Source: an uncultured Actinomycetes bacterium (lineage in GTDB: Bacteria > Actinomycetota > Actinomycetes > S36-B12 > CAIYMF01). From it: a DNA stretch of 64,000 bases. The stretch is from contig CAVSQK010000041.1 of assembly GCA_963729885.1 (NCBI GenBank), positions 9,741-73,740 of the forward strand. The letters are read 5' to 3'. Position 1 is the stretch's first letter; each line of letters starts with the position of its first letter. Positions 23,816 to 33,980 of the stretch are shown here, one piece after another. The position numbers were made by a program, and so were the translations under genes. The notes under the pieces are model-generated. The model was not told the origin of the DNA. It made no database searches and saw only the letters and a program-made list of their open reading frames with translations.

Positions 23816-24721
23816 CTACTCGTTGACGGCCCGGGGGCGGAAGGCCGGCGCGGAGGTGTCCTGGGCCTGCCACGCCGCCGACTGCTGGGCGAGGAACTCC
23901 TCGTCACGGGACCGGGCCTCGGCCGCGGCCTGCTCCGCCTTGGCCCGGGCGATGGCCTCGGCCTTGGCCGCCGCCATCCGCTCGGCGCGCGCCTTCTGCT
24001 GCTGCGCGCGCTCCAGCATCGCGGCGGCGGTCCACGCACCCGGGGTGGCGGTGTCGATGACGCGGGGGAACTCGGCCGCGGGAGGTGCGGTGACGTACGT
24101 GGGCAGCGTCGCCGGGCGGGCCTCCCAGGTTGCGCCCGACTGTCCGGCGACCGCGCGGCGCTGGGCCGGGGCGCTGGCGGTCTGGGTTGCCGGGGCCTGC
24201 TGGGAGTGCGACTCGCGACGCCTCTGGGCGGTCCGGACCTGATGGCGGGCCGCGGCCACGAAGGCGACGATCAGGCCGACGGGCACGACGAGCGCGACCG
24301 GGAGCAGGACGCCTCCGACGACCAGTCCGGCGACCACCGCCAGCCCAGCGCCAAGGACCCCGAGCACCACGCGGCGACGGGCAGCCGCAGACGCCGGCGC
24401 AGCCTTCGTCGCCTTCGCGCTCGCCCCCGACACGAGCCCGGTGACCCGGTTGCCGACCGAGGACAGGTCCCGGCGGCTCACGGTGAAGACCTCGGGGGCG
24501 ACGTCGCCTGCCAGCTGCGTGCCCGGGCGCTCGCCCTCGCGGAAGTCCTGGTTCGGCAGCGGGATGCCGAACATGGAGTCCCGCTTGGACAGGGCCTGGA
24601 GGCTGCGGCTGAACCGGTCGACCGAACGCTCGGAGTCGAGGTGATCGTGACGCCGCAACCAGGCCGGGACCAGGACCACGGCCCAGACGGCGATGATTGC
24701 CACGTAGATCAGACCCGTCAC
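23816..24721 (-). CDS. sepX: membrane protein of the SepX / GlpR family (actinobacterial divisome component)
   Basis: ORF 23816..24721. The N-terminal TM helix plus LIYVAIIAVWAVVLVPAWLRRHDHL...DRFSRSLQALS matches my recollection of the SepX/GlpR N-terminus. There is a second TM block and an Ala/Glu/Lys-rich coiled tail. It lies two genes from a moeA-like gene with a GNAT between, the conserved arrangement. Confidence 0.65.
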   Translation of the reverse strand: MTGLIYVAIIAVWAVVLVPAWLRRHDHLDSERSVDRFSRSLQALSKRDSMFGIPLPNQDFREGERPGTQLAGDVAPEVFTVSRRDLSSVGNRVTGLVSGASAKATKAAPASAAARRRVVLGVLGAGLAVVAGLVVGGVLLPVALVVPVGLIVAFVAAARHQVRTAQRRRESHSQQAPATQTASAPAQRRAVAGQSGATWEARPATLPTYVTAPPAAEFPRVIDTATPGAWTAAAMLERAQQQKARAERMAAAKAEAIARAKAEQAAAEARSRDEEFLAQQSAAWQAQDTSAPAFRPRAVNE

Positions 24722-24736
24722 GCGCAGGAATCTACT

Positions 24737-25381
24737 TCAGGTCGGGCCGTCGGACCCGGGTAATCGGGTCGGCGAAGATTCGTGTCGCGCCGCCAGCCGG
24801 TCGGCCAGGGATCCCTGGACCTCATCGGCGTTGAGGGCGAACACCTCGTGGTCGCGCCAGGCCCCGTCGATGTGCAGGTACGCCGGGCGTGATCCCTCGT
24901 GCCGGAAGCCCAGCTTCTGCACCACGCGCCGGCTGGCGGCGTTCTCCGGGCGGATCACGATCTCGATCCGGTGCAGGCGCATCGGCCCGAAGCAGTGGTC
25001 GATGGCCATGGCCACGGCCATGGGGGTCAGGCCGAGTCCTGCGACATCCGAGTCGATCCAGTAGCCGATCGAGGCAGCGCGCAGGGACCCCATCGTGATC
25101 CCGGCGACCGTGACCTGCCCGACCAGGCGCCCGTTGAGCGTCATCGCCCATGCCAGCGTGCGCCCGGCCCGGGCCTCCTGCCGGAACCGCGCGACCATCT
25201 GGGCGTAGCTGGGCACCGACTCCCCGGAGCCCGGAGGGACGGTGGCCTCCCACGGCGACAGCCACGCAACGTTGCGCGAGCGCACCTCCCGCCAGGCGCG
25301 GACGTCGCGACGGCGCAGCTCGCGCAGCTCCAGGACGCCGACGCCGGTGCGTCGCGTCAGCACCGGGAGTGCGGCCATCAC
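24737..25381 (-). CDS. GNAT family N-acetyltransferase (RimJ/RimL-like)
   Basis: ORF 24737..25381 carries IGYWIDSDVAGLGLTPMAVAMAIDHCF, NAASRRVVQKLGFRHEG and HEVFAL. It overlaps the moeA stop by 4 nt. Confidence 0.8.
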   Translation of the reverse strand: MMAALPVLTRRTGVGVLELRELRRRDVRAWREVRSRNVAWLSPWEATVPPGSGESVPSYAQMVARFRQEARAGRTLAWAMTLNGRLVGQVTVAGITMGSLRAASIGYWIDSDVAGLGLTPMAVAMAIDHCFGPMRLHRIEIVIRPENAASRRVVQKLGFRHEGSRPAYLHIDGAWRDHEVFALNADEVQGSLADRLAARHESSPTRLPGSDGPT

Positions 25382-26613
25382 GACCTGCCCAGCGGCATCA
25401 CCGACACCACAGCCCCGGCCGCGACCTCACCGGTGGTCTCGGGCAGGACGATGAAGCTGTCGGCCATCCGCAGCCCGAGCAGGCCCGGCTCCCAGATCGG
25501 GGTGACCAGCCGCTCGTCGGCCGCCCCGTGCAGGTGGCCGCGCAGGTAGGTGCGCACGCCCGGCTCCCCACGGACGGGGTGCGTGAGCCGGGCTGAGATG
25601 AGCGGACGGAACACCTGCTGGTGCCCGAGCATCCGCCTGATCACCGGGCGCACGAAGACCTCGAACGCGACGAACGCACTCGACGGGTTGCCCGGGAGGG
25701 TGAAGATGGGCACGTTGTCGGGGCCGAGGTACCCATGCCCCTGGGCCATCCCCGGGCTCATGGCCACCCGGGTGAACTCGACGGATCCCAGCCTGGCCAG
25801 GACGGACTTCATCGTGTCGTAGGTGCCGGCCGTGACCCCGCCGGTCGTGACGATCAGGTCGGCCCGGACGAGCTGGTCCTCCAGGGTGTCCATCAGCGCG
25901 CGCTGCTCGTCGCGCACGGGCCCGGCGCGGTACGACATGGCGCCCGCGTCCTGGGCCGCGGCGGTGAGCATGTAGCCGTTGGAGTCGGGGATCAGCCCCG
26001 GGGTCATCGGCGCACCGGGCTCGATGAGCTCGGTCCCGGTGCTCATGACCACCACGCGGGGGCGGGGCCGGACGGTGACCCGGGACTGCCCGACGGAGGC
26101 CAGGAGGGCGACCTCGCGAGCACCCACGAGAGCCCCGGCCGGCAGGACCGCCTGGCCAGGGCCGAGCTCCTCCCCGGCGCGGCGGACCCCGTGTCCGGGG
26201 GCGACCGCGGCACTGATCGCCACGGTGGGCATCCCGCCGTCGGTGAGGTCGAAGGGCACCACCGCCGTCGCCCCTGCCGGAAGGGGCGCACCGGAGCCGA
26301 TCCGGATCGCGGTGCCCGAGGCGATGGGGTGGCTCGCGCGGTAGCCGGCCGGCACGTCGTCGGTCACGGGCATCGTGACCGGCGCCGCGGCCGTCGCCGT
26401 GGCGACGTCGGCGGCGATGACCGCGTACCCGTCGGCCCCGGCCGAGTCGAAGGGCGGCACCGCCCACGGGGCGGTCACCGGTGCGGCAAGCAGGCACCCC
26501 CGCGACTCCAGCAGGGAGACATCGAGGGACTCCAGGGCATGGGCATGGGCCAGGACCTCGGACAGGTGCTCGTCGACGGTGCGCACGCGGCTACCTGCCG
26601 CCCAGCTCGGCAC
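25378..26613 (-). CDS. moeA: MoeA / gephyrin-like molybdopterin molybdenumtransferase family protein (Glp-type by context)
   Basis: ORF 25378..26613 carries DGYAV, VMSTGTELIEPG, IPDSNGYML, LIVTTGGVTAGTYD and LPGNPSSAFVAFEVFVRP. Confidence 0.85.
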   Translation of the reverse strand: MPSWAAGSRVRTVDEHLSEVLAHAHALESLDVSLLESRGCLLAAPVTAPWAVPPFDSAGADGYAVIAADVATATAAAPVTMPVTDDVPAGYRASHPIASGTAIRIGSGAPLPAGATAVVPFDLTDGGMPTVAISAAVAPGHGVRRAGEELGPGQAVLPAGALVGAREVALLASVGQSRVTVRPRPRVVVMSTGTELIEPGAPMTPGLIPDSNGYMLTAAAQDAGAMSYRAGPVRDEQRALMDTLEDQLVRADLIVTTGGVTAGTYDTMKSVLARLGSVEFTRVAMSPGMAQGHGYLGPDNVPIFTLPGNPSSAFVAFEVFVRPVIRRMLGHQQVFRPLISARLTHPVRGEPGVRTYLRGHLHGAADERLVTPIWEPGLLGLRMADSFIVLPETTGEVAAGAVVSVMPLGRS

Positions 26614-26711
26614 GGCCGACGAACCCCTGGCCGTGCTTGGCCGAACTGGCCCCGCGCATCGTCATGCCCCGCACGATAACCGCCACGTCCCCCCACGACC
26701 GGCAGTGGTGC

Positions 26712-27395
26712 ATGATCGCGTCCGTGGCTGACTCGAAGTCGGACCTGCGCGCGCGGGTCCGTGCCGCCCGGTCGCAGGTGGATCCGGCTGAACGCGCCCG
26801 CGAGCGCGCGGGGCTGCTGGCCACCGCGCGCGCCGCAGGGCTGCTGGACCCGCGGGGCGCCCCGGGGGCGCTCGGGGTGGTCGCGATCGCGGCCTACATC
26901 GCCGCCCCGGGCGAACCGGACGTCGCCGCCCTCCGGTCGGCCGTGCTCGAGGCAGGCGGCGTGGTCCTGCTGCCGCTACCTCGGGCCGACCGGAGCATGG
27001 ACTGGGCCCACGACGACGGCCACTACCGGCCGCACGGGTCCTACCCGATCGAGGTCCCTGCGGGGGAGGTCGTGGGATCGGGGGCAGCGGGGCTGCTCTC
27101 CCACGGGGTCCGGACGATCCTCGTCCCTGCCCTGGCCGTCGATGCGACCGGTGCCCGCCTGGGGCAGGGCGGGGGGTACTACGACCGGCTGCTGGCCGAG
27201 CTGGCGACCCGGCCCGAGGCGCCCGGTCGGGGCAGCGGGACAGCGGCCCGCAACCGGCCAGCCGACGGCGTGCGCATCGTGGCGGTGGTCCGCGATGACG
27301 AGCTGCTCCCCGCGGGAGCCGTGCCGCGCGAGGAGCACGACCAGCCGATGACCGCCGCGCTCACCCCGACCCGGTACGTCCGGCTGGACCCCTGA
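26712..27395 (+). CDS. 5-formyltetrahydrofolate cyclo-ligase
   Basis: ATG at 26712 inside ORF 26481..27395. Motifs: KSDLRARVRAAR, PGEPD, LVPALAVDATGARLGQGGGYYDR and DQPM. Confidence 0.75.
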   Translation: MIASVADSKSDLRARVRAARSQVDPAERARERAGLLATARAAGLLDPRGAPGALGVVAIAAYIAAPGEPDVAALRSAVLEAGGVVLLPLPRADRSMDWAHDDGHYRPHGSYPIEVPAGEVVGSGAAGLLSHGVRTILVPALAVDATGARLGQGGGYYDRLLAELATRPEAPGRGSGTAARNRPADGVRIVAVVRDDELLPAGAVPREEHDQPMTAALTPTRYVRLDP

Positions 27396-27762
27396 CCCGC
27401 TCGGCGGGACCCCACCGGTGGGTCAGGACGCCGCCGGGGTGGAGGTCGTCGAGCCCGAGCCCGGAGCTGGAGCCCGATCCGGAGCCGGAGCCGGAGGATC
27501 CGCCCGACGAGGAGGAGCTGCTGGCCCCGGAGCCCTTCTTCGAGTCCGCCTTGGGCGTGGCCGGGGAGGTCGCTGAGGACTTGCCCCGACTGTCGGTCCG
27601 GTAGAAGCCGCTGCCCTTGAACACCACGCCGACGTTGCCGAACACCTTGCGCAGGCGACCATCGGCACAGGACGGGCAGTCGGTGAGCGAGGGCTCATGG
27701 ATCGACTGGACGACCTCCAGCGGGGCGTCGCAGCTGGTGCACACGTACTCGTAGGTCGGCAT
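27361..27762 (-). CDS. FmdB family zinc-ribbon protein with a Ser/Gly-rich tail
   Basis: ATG at 27762 (MPTYEYVCTSCDAPLEVVQSIHEPSLTDCPSCADGRLRKVF, CxxC...CxxC) in ORF 27361..27816. The 3' end overlaps the convergent cyclo-ligase gene by 35 nt. An alternative-frame stop at 27423 hints at a tail frameshift. Confidence 0.8.
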   Translation of the reverse strand: MPTYEYVCTSCDAPLEVVQSIHEPSLTDCPSCADGRLRKVFGNVGVVFKGSGFYRTDSRGKSSATSPATPKADSKKGSGASSSSSSGGSSGSGSGSGSSSGLGLDDLHPGGVLTHRWGPAERVRGPAGRTGSG

Positions 27763-28027
27763 ACTCACCCTCTTCACCGCGGCCGTCATGGCTCGGACAG
27801 GATCCCATTCTGGCACTCACGGCCACGGAGTGCTAATCGGGTGCAGGGGCCACGAGCGGCGCTCGGGAAGCGACCGTCGGGCCTCCTCCGCGGACCCGTC
27901 GCGCCGTGCCGGGCGGCCGCTGGAGCCCGCCTGTGGACAACGTCTGGTCGATCCCCCGGATCACGCGTACGGTCCCCCTGCCGGGGGCCAGGGGAGCCTG
28001 CGCTGAGGTCTGGAGGGTCGGGGGAAC

Positions 28028-28960
28028 ATGAGCAGGTCACATCAGGGCGCATCCCAGCTCAGCGCAGCCCGCCTCCTGCGCCGCCACCGTCGCGTCCTCG
28101 CGGGCCTGGCGGCAGCAGCATCCATCGCATCCCTGGGCATGGCCCTGCAGCCACCTGCTCCGACGACACGCGGCGTCGTGGTGGCCGCCGCCGACCTCCC
28201 GGCCGGCCGGACGCTGGCCGGTGAGGACCTGCGCGTCGCCCCCGTCCCGCAGGCGGTGCTCCCCGCCGGCACGAGCGCCGATCCGGCCGAGTTCATCGGC
28301 CGGGTCCTGGCCGCCCCGATGGCCCGCGGCGAGGCGCTGGCGGGACACCGGCTCACCGACCTCCCCAGCTGGTCCCTTCCGGCGGGCACGATGCCTGTGC
28401 CCGTGCGCTTCGCCGACGCCGCGGCCGCTGCCCTGCTCGGCGCCGGGCAGCGCGTGGACGTGGTGGCCGCCTCCGGGCCGGGTTCCGACGAGGCCACGCC
28501 GTTCGCCTCGGCCGAGCTGGTCGCCCAGGACGTCCTCGTCCTGGCCGTGATCACGCCGGACCAGGGGGCAGGGGGCCTCCTGGCCAGCTCAGCGCCGAGC
28601 TCTGATCAGACCCCGCTGGTGATGCTCGCCGCCGACCGGGGGACGGCCCTGGCGATCGCGGGGGCACAGGGCCGGGCGAGCCTGGGGTACCTCATGCACC
28701 TGGGCCCCGGCATAGCCGCGGTGGAGCGGGATCTCTCGGCCTGGCCGGAGGTGTCGAGGCAGGGCGCGTGCCGGGGCTCTGCTCAGCCGTCGCTGCGGTC
28801 GCGCGGGGTGCCCGGTGTGCCCTGCGCCAGCAGGTCGCGGATCTCGGTGAGCAGGAGCACGTCGTCCGGGGTCTCGTCGGCCTTGGGGGTGACTGCGCGC
28901 CAGCTCGCGCGCCTTGTTCATCGGGCAGGACGAAGACGAAGTACACGACCGCCATCGTGA
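28028..28960 (+). CDS. SAF-domain protein (CpaB-like); 3' end probably overcalled
   Basis: ORF 28028..28960 has an N-terminal TM segment, then [25 protein letters not shown]...[14 protein letters not shown] (SAF-like). Beyond about 28720 the ORF runs antisense through mscL, so the real stop is probably lost to a frame error. Confidence 0.5.
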   Translation: MSRSHQGASQLSAARLLRRHRRVLAGLAAAASIASLGMALQPPAPTTRGVVVAAADLPAGRTLAGEDLRVAPVPQAVLPAGTSADPAEFIGRVLAAPMARGEALAGHRLTDLPSWSLPAGTMPVPVRFADAAAAALLGAGQRVDVVAASGPGSDEATPFASAELVAQDVLVLAVITPDQGAGGLLASSAPSSDQTPLVMLAADRGTALAIAGAQGRASLGYLMHLGPGIAAVERDLSAWPEVSRQGACRGSAQPSLRSRGVPGVPCASRSRISVSRSTSSGVSSALGVTARQLARLVHRAGRRRSTRPPS

Positions 28961-29237
28961 TCACGAACGTGATCAGGACGCCGATGACCGCACCGAAGTC
29001 GAGGAAGGTGGCGGACTCGGCGGTGCAGGGATCAGCCCCGCCTACGCAGAACCCCCACCCACCGGTGTCGCCGGCCCCGACGGCCGCGAGGACCGGCTGG
29101 ATGATCTCGTCGTTGAACGACTTGACCACAGCGGTGAACGCAGCGCCGACGACCACGGCCACAGCCAGGTCGATGACGTTGCCGCGCATCACGAACTCCT
29201 TGAAGCCGTGCAGGATGCCGGTCTTCTCCTCTGCCAT
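28783..29237 (-). pseudogene. mscL: large-conductance mechanosensitive channel MscL; two frameshifts 35 nt apart
   Basis: ORF 28692..29237 ([24 protein letters not shown]). After VYFVFVLP the sequence continues [10 protein letters not shown] in the ORF 28589..28921 frame (shift about 28922). After a G5/C5 run (about 28887) it continues [33 protein letters not shown] in the third frame, with the stop at 28783. Confidence 0.85.
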
Positions 29238-29375
29238 GGGACTCTCCTTGCGGGTCTTGGGGGATGGGCGTGCAGGCCTGGCGCGCCGACGACGCCCAGA
29301 CTAGTGGAGGCTCGGGGGGCAGCGGCCGACGGGACCCGAGGGCCCGACGCCGATGCGCCCGTCCCGCACGGGCGA

Positions 29376-29582
29376 TCAGCCGCCGTGGTGGGGGGGCTTC
29401 TGCGTCCGGTAGTGGGCCATCACGTCATCCTCGGACTCGCCCGGATCCCCCCAGGACTCCGGACGATCCTCGGACGCACGGCCGTCCAGGGGGTCGCCCA
29501 GCGACAGCCGGCGGGTCGCCGGGGCCGGGGTGGGGGACGCGGGAGATCCGTCCTCGTCGGGCAGGTCCGCGCCCCGGGTCAC
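29376..29582 (-). CDS. small acidic hypothetical protein (68 aa), start overlaps the PAC2 stop
   Basis: ORF 29376..29582. Its GTG overlaps the PAC2 TGA (GTGA). No family recognised. High-GC shadow ORFs are common, so support is weak. Confidence 0.3.
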   Translation of the reverse strand: MTRGADLPDEDGSPASPTPAPATRRLSLGDPLDGRASEDRPESWGDPGESEDDVMAHYRTQKPPHHGG

Positions 29583-30475
29583 TGCGGATCGCCCTGGTCG
29601 AGCTGGGCGAGGAAGGCCTCCACCTGTGCCGCGATGTCGGTGTCCGTGGGCAGCGCGTCCGACCCGGCAGTCTCGTTGGCCCGCGCGGCCATCATGGAGT
29701 CGTACTGCTCCTCGAGAGTGGTGACGGCCTCCAGGTTCTCCGGGTTCGACGCGATCTGGATCGAGATGTCGGCGTCGGACTCCTCGGCAGCGTCGCGGAG
29801 CTCGTCGAGGGGCACGGCCATCCCGGTCGCGGCGGCCAGGGACTGCAGCAGGGCGAGCGCGCCCCGTGGGAACTCGGCCTGCACCAGGTAGTGCGGCACG
29901 TGCGCGGCGAAGCCCATCGCGGGCCGGTCCTGCTCACCGAGCCGGAGCTCGAGGAGGGCCGCCAGGCTCCCCGGCACCTCCAGCTGGCCCACCCAGGGCT
30001 GCACGCCGACGGTGAGGGTCGGGTCGTTGGCGTGCACGGTGACGTTGATGGGCCGGGTGTGCGGGGCGGGCCACGGGATCGCGTGCATCCCCACGACCAG
30101 CCGCACCCCCAGCGCCTCGATCAGCCGGATGATCCCGGTGCTGACCGCACCCCAGGCAGTGTCGGGCTCGGAGCCGTGCAGGATCAGGAACCGCTCGCCG
30201 CGGTCGTCGACGGCGGCATCCACGACCAGCTCGGGCATCGCCACGGACTCGTAGTGGTCGGAGTCGAAGACGGTTCGGGGTCGGCGGCCGCGGTAGTCGT
30301 ACAGGGAGTCGATGTCGAACGTGGCCACACGCGTGTGCTCGCAGCTGCTCAGCAGGTGCTCGATGGCCAGGCGGCTGGCGCCCCCGGCGTCCATGAACCC
30401 GGTGAGCCCATGGACCAGGACCGGGGCACCCAGCTCGGGTCGGTCCGGCTCCAGTCGGTAGGACCCCGCAGTCAC
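29579..30475 (-). CDS. PAC2 (proteasome assembly chaperone 2-like) family protein
   Basis: ORF 29579..30475 carries PVLVHGLTGFMDAGGASRLAIEHLL, LILHGSEPD, FAAHVPHYL and an acidic C-terminus. Confidence 0.75.
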   Translation of the reverse strand: MTAGSYRLEPDRPELGAPVLVHGLTGFMDAGGASRLAIEHLLSSCEHTRVATFDIDSLYDYRGRRPRTVFDSDHYESVAMPELVVDAAVDDRGERFLILHGSEPDTAWGAVSTGIIRLIEALGVRLVVGMHAIPWPAPHTRPINVTVHANDPTLTVGVQPWVGQLEVPGSLAALLELRLGEQDRPAMGFAAHVPHYLVQAEFPRGALALLQSLAAATGMAVPLDELRDAAEESDADISIQIASNPENLEAVTTLEEQYDSMMAARANETAGSDALPTDTDIAAQVEAFLAQLDQGDPQ

Positions 30476-30869
30476 GATTCTCCCTCACCTCGAGCCGACG
30501 CCTCACGCGACCGGCTGGCCGTCCGGTTCAACGAGACTACTGCCGCGGGGATTCCCGACGCGTGACGATGCCGACCGGGCCGGGTCGCGGCGCGAGCGGA
30601 CTCCAGCGTCGAGACGCGGGTCGATCCATGTGGTCGCTGCTACTGTCGAAGGCCCCGCGTGACTGCGCGCGGGAGCACCCGCTGAGGCGCGCAGGGGCGT
30701 CCCGACCCGCAGGAGGAGCGGTGGCCCAGGAGCAGAGACCCGAGCGGCCCGGTGACTCGCCCGCCGACGACGGTGCGGGCAGCGCGGCCGCCCTGGGCGC
30801 CCCGGACGCCGACAGTCCCGAGGGCGGGCAGGCGTCCGTGGACCGCGACGCGGCCCGGTCTCCCGACTG

Positions 30870-31931
30870 GTGCGCAACAAGCGGTTCGTCAAGCTCGTCG
30901 CGGTGCTCATCACCCTGGCCCTGGTGTACTACGCGTTCTTCGTCGTCCTGCCCAGTGAGATCAGCTGGGCTGAGGTGCAGGCCGCTCTCGAGGCCCTGAC
31001 CGCACCGGAGATCGCGGCCCTGGTTGTGGCGGGCCTGATCCTGATGGTCGTCCTCGGGTGGGCGGCCAAGGCATCCCTGCGAGGCCTGACCCTCTACCAG
31101 GGCTTCGAGTCCTCGGCGACCAGCCAGATGACGGCGTTCGTGGTACCCCCGCCGGGGGACTACGTGATCAGGTTCGCGATGTACCGGACCTACGGGTTCT
31201 CCGACGAGCAGTCGGGTGCGTCGGTCCTGATCTCGATGGTGCTGCGCTACGTCGCCATCTTCTTCATGCCGATCGTGGGGCTCCTGGCAGTCATCGTGGC
31301 GGGCACAGCCACCTCGGCGCAGGTCTGGTGGTTCGTCGGCCTCACCGTCGCGTTCGTGATCGTGTGCTGGCTGATGCTGAGGGTCATCCACAGCGACGCC
31401 GTGGCGCACAGCATCGGCCGGCGCATGAACTCAGCCGTCGCCTGGGTGATGGGCCTGTTCCATCGCACGCCCGCCGGCGACATCGAGCGCAGCGTCGTCA
31501 GCTTCGGCCAACGCACACGGGCGACGGTGAACAGCCACGGTCCGTCCCTGATCTCCTCCAACCTCGCCTGGGCCCTGGGCAACGCCGTTGTCCTTCTGAT
31601 GGCCATGCGGTTCAGCGGCCTGGACTCCGCCACGGTCCCACTGGCCACCGCACTCCTGGCGAGCGGGTACCTCATGGTGGTCAACATCCTGCCCATCCCC
31701 GGCAAGAGCGCCCTGGCGGCACCCACCCTGTTCACGATCATGAGCCTGACCACCGACGCCGACCAGTCGGCCATGACCGCCGCGATCCTGCTCTACCGGG
31801 TCGTGACCTGGCTGCTGCCGATGCCGGTGGGCGCCGCGATGTTCTTCGTGTGGCGCCACCGGGTGCGCCGTGACACGGTCACGACCGTGCCTGAGGACCC
31901 CGACGTGATCGCGGCCGGTCCGGGCGCCTGA
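30870..31931 (+). CDS. polytopic membrane protein, flippase-like / lysyl-PG-synthase transmembrane-region family (UPF0104-like)
   Basis: ORF 30870..31931 has about 8 predicted TM helices and an RFVKLVAVLITLALVYYAF start. The family assignment is from overall resemblance only. A Pro/Asp/Ala-rich N-terminal extension may exist in another frame (ORF 30562..30999). Confidence 0.5.
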   Translation: MRNKRFVKLVAVLITLALVYYAFFVVLPSEISWAEVQAALEALTAPEIAALVVAGLILMVVLGWAAKASLRGLTLYQGFESSATSQMTAFVVPPPGDYVIRFAMYRTYGFSDEQSGASVLISMVLRYVAIFFMPIVGLLAVIVAGTATSAQVWWFVGLTVAFVIVCWLMLRVIHSDAVAHSIGRRMNSAVAWVMGLFHRTPAGDIERSVVSFGQRTRATVNSHGPSLISSNLAWALGNAVVLLMAMRFSGLDSATVPLATALLASGYLMVVNILPIPGKSALAAPTLFTIMSLTTDADQSAMTAAILLYRVVTWLLPMPVGAAMFFVWRHRVRRDTVTTVPEDPDVIAAGPGA

Positions 31932-31936
31932 TCGCG

Positions 31937-32743
31937 TCAGCGGGAGGCCGCCCGGCGGTACCGGGTGACGCCGAGCGGCACGAAGATCGCCAGGAGGACC
32001 AGGCACCAGAGGACCGAGGCGAGGATCGGGTTCTGCAACGGCCAGTAGTCCGGCGGCTGGTAGTTCGGCGGGACGTTGCCGAACAGCTCGCGCACGGCCG
32101 CCGTGACGGCGCTGATCGGGTTCCACGCGGCGACGGGCTGCAGCCACGAGGGCATCGACTCCAGCGGGACGAAGGCGTTCGACAGGAACGTCAGCGGGAA
32201 CAGCCAGATGAGCCCGGCGGTCTGGGCGACCTCCACGCTGCGCACCGACAGGCCGATGACCGCCCCGATCCAGAGGAACGAGTAGGCGAACAGGGCCAGC
32301 AGCGCGAACGCCCCGAGCACGCTGAGGGCCGGTGCATCCGTGCGCCATCCGACCAGGAGCCCGGTCAGCGCCATGGCCGCCGTCGTGACCCCGGCGAAGG
32401 CCAGGTCGGCGAACGTCCGGCCGGCCAGCACCGCCGAGCGGGCCATCGGCAGCGAGCGGAACCGGTCGAAGAGCCCGCGGGAGAGGTCGTCGGCCATGGC
32501 GATGCAGGTCGTGGCGCACGTGAACGCGACGGTCTGCACGAAGATCCCGCCCATCAGGTAGTCGGTGTAGTCCCCGCCACCGGGCACCTCGATCGCGCCG
32601 CCGAAGACGAACGCGAACAGCAGCACGAACATGATCGACTGGATGATCCCGAAGACGATCGAGTCCGGCTGCCGGCGCAGCCGGGTGATGTTGCGCCGGG
32701 TGATGGTCCCGGTGTCGGACAGGGTCTGCGCGAGGTCGCTCAT
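31937..32743 (-). CDS. ABC-2 type transporter permease
   Basis: ATG at 32743 ([43 protein letters not shown]) in ORF 31937..32962. Six TM segments. The ATG overlaps the ATPase stop (ATGA). Confidence 0.8.
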   Translation of the reverse strand: MSDLAQTLSDTGTITRRNITRLRRQPDSIVFGIIQSIMFVLLFAFVFGGAIEVPGGGDYTDYLMGGIFVQTVAFTCATTCIAMADDLSRGLFDRFRSLPMARSAVLAGRTFADLAFAGVTTAAMALTGLLVGWRTDAPALSVLGAFALLALFAYSFLWIGAVIGLSVRSVEVAQTAGLIWLFPLTFLSNAFVPLESMPSWLQPVAAWNPISAVTAAVRELFGNVPPNYQPPDYWPLQNPILASVLWCLVLLAIFVPLGVTRYRRAASR

Positions 32744-33783
32744 GGGTGGGTCGCCTCCCGGGTCTGGGACTGCTGCGGCGTGTCGGCGGCCGCCCGACGT
32801 GGCCCGACCGGGTGGGCCGGCAGCGACCCTCCTCGGCTTGCGCGTGGTGGCCGGTGAGCTCGAGGAACACGTCGTCGAGGGTGGGCCGCCGCACGCCGAT
32901 GTCGAGGATCGTGACGCCCTTCTCGTCGAAGGCCCGCACGGCCTCCAGCAGCGCCGTGGCACCCCCGGCCACCGGGGCGACGAGCTGCCGGGAGTGCTCG
33001 TCGACGTCGATGACGCCGTTGGCCAGCCCGGACGAGGACGTCACGCGCGTCCCAGACCTGGCCGCGGCCGACCGTGACCGCGAGCCGCTCGCCGCCCACC
33101 TGGGCCTTGAGCTCGTCGGAGGTCCCCCGGGCGATCACCCGGCCACGGTCGACGACGGCGATGGTGTCGGCCAGCTTGTCGGCCTCGTCGAGGTACTGGG
33201 TGGTCAGCAGGACGGTGGTCCCCTGCGCCACCAGTCCCTCGATGACGTCCCACAGGCCGATCCGGCTGCGCGGGTCGAGGCCGGTCGTCGGCTCGTCGAG
33301 GAAGATGATCGGTGGCCGGGCGACCAGCGCCCCGGCGAGGTCCAGCCGGCGGCGCATGCCCCCCGAGTAGGTCTTCGCCGGACGGTCGGCGGCCTCGACG
33401 AGGTCGAACTGCTCGAGCAGCTCGGTGGCGCGGGCCCGCGAGGTGGCCATGTCGAAGTGGTACAGCCTGCCCACCATCACCAGGTTCTCCCGGCCGGTGA
33501 GGTACTCGTCGACGGCCGCGTACTGGCCGGACAGCCCGATCGAGCGGCGCACCCCCTGGGGGTCGGCGGCGACGTCGATGCCGTTGACGGTGGCCCGCCC
33601 GGAGTCCGGGGTCAGCAGGGTGGTCAGGATGCGCACGGCTGTGGTCTTGCCGGCCCCGTTGGGGCCGAGCAGCCCGAGCACCGAGCCGGTCGGGACCTCG
33701 AGGTCGACGCCGTCGAGTGCACGCACCTCCCCCGAACGGCTCGGGAACACCTTGACCAGACCCTCCGCGGTGATGGCTGCCAT
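32740..33783 (-). pseudogene. ABC transporter ATP-binding protein (DrrA-like); two frameshifts
   Basis: ATG at 33783 in ORF 32740..33996. Motifs: Walker [10 protein letters not shown], signature YSGGMRRRL, Walker [13 protein letters not shown]. After [16 protein letters not shown] (about 33045) it continues in ORF 31431..33044 ([36 protein letters not shown]). It must return to the first frame (about 32800) to reach the stop at 32740. Confidence 0.8.
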
Positions 33784-33980
33784 GCGCTGATCCAACCCCA
33801 GCCCTCTGACACGCGCACGCCGACCAGCGCGGCGGGCATGGGGGCGGCTTGTGCCTGCCGATATCCCCACCCTTCCCCACGGATATCCCGGCAGCGGGCC
33901 ACGCCCTGCTACGTTCGGCTCACCGAGGCGTCGATGTCCGGGGGGACAGATGGATCGCAGGGATGGGTGGGAGCCGGGCC

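Noticed and set aside
27361-27395. A 35-nt convergent overlap of the fmdB-like and cyclo-ligase genes as a possible antisense regulatory arrangement.
   Set aside because: More simply explained by a frame error in the Ser/Gly-rich fmdB tail. An alternative-frame stop lies at 27423. No independent evidence supports regulation.
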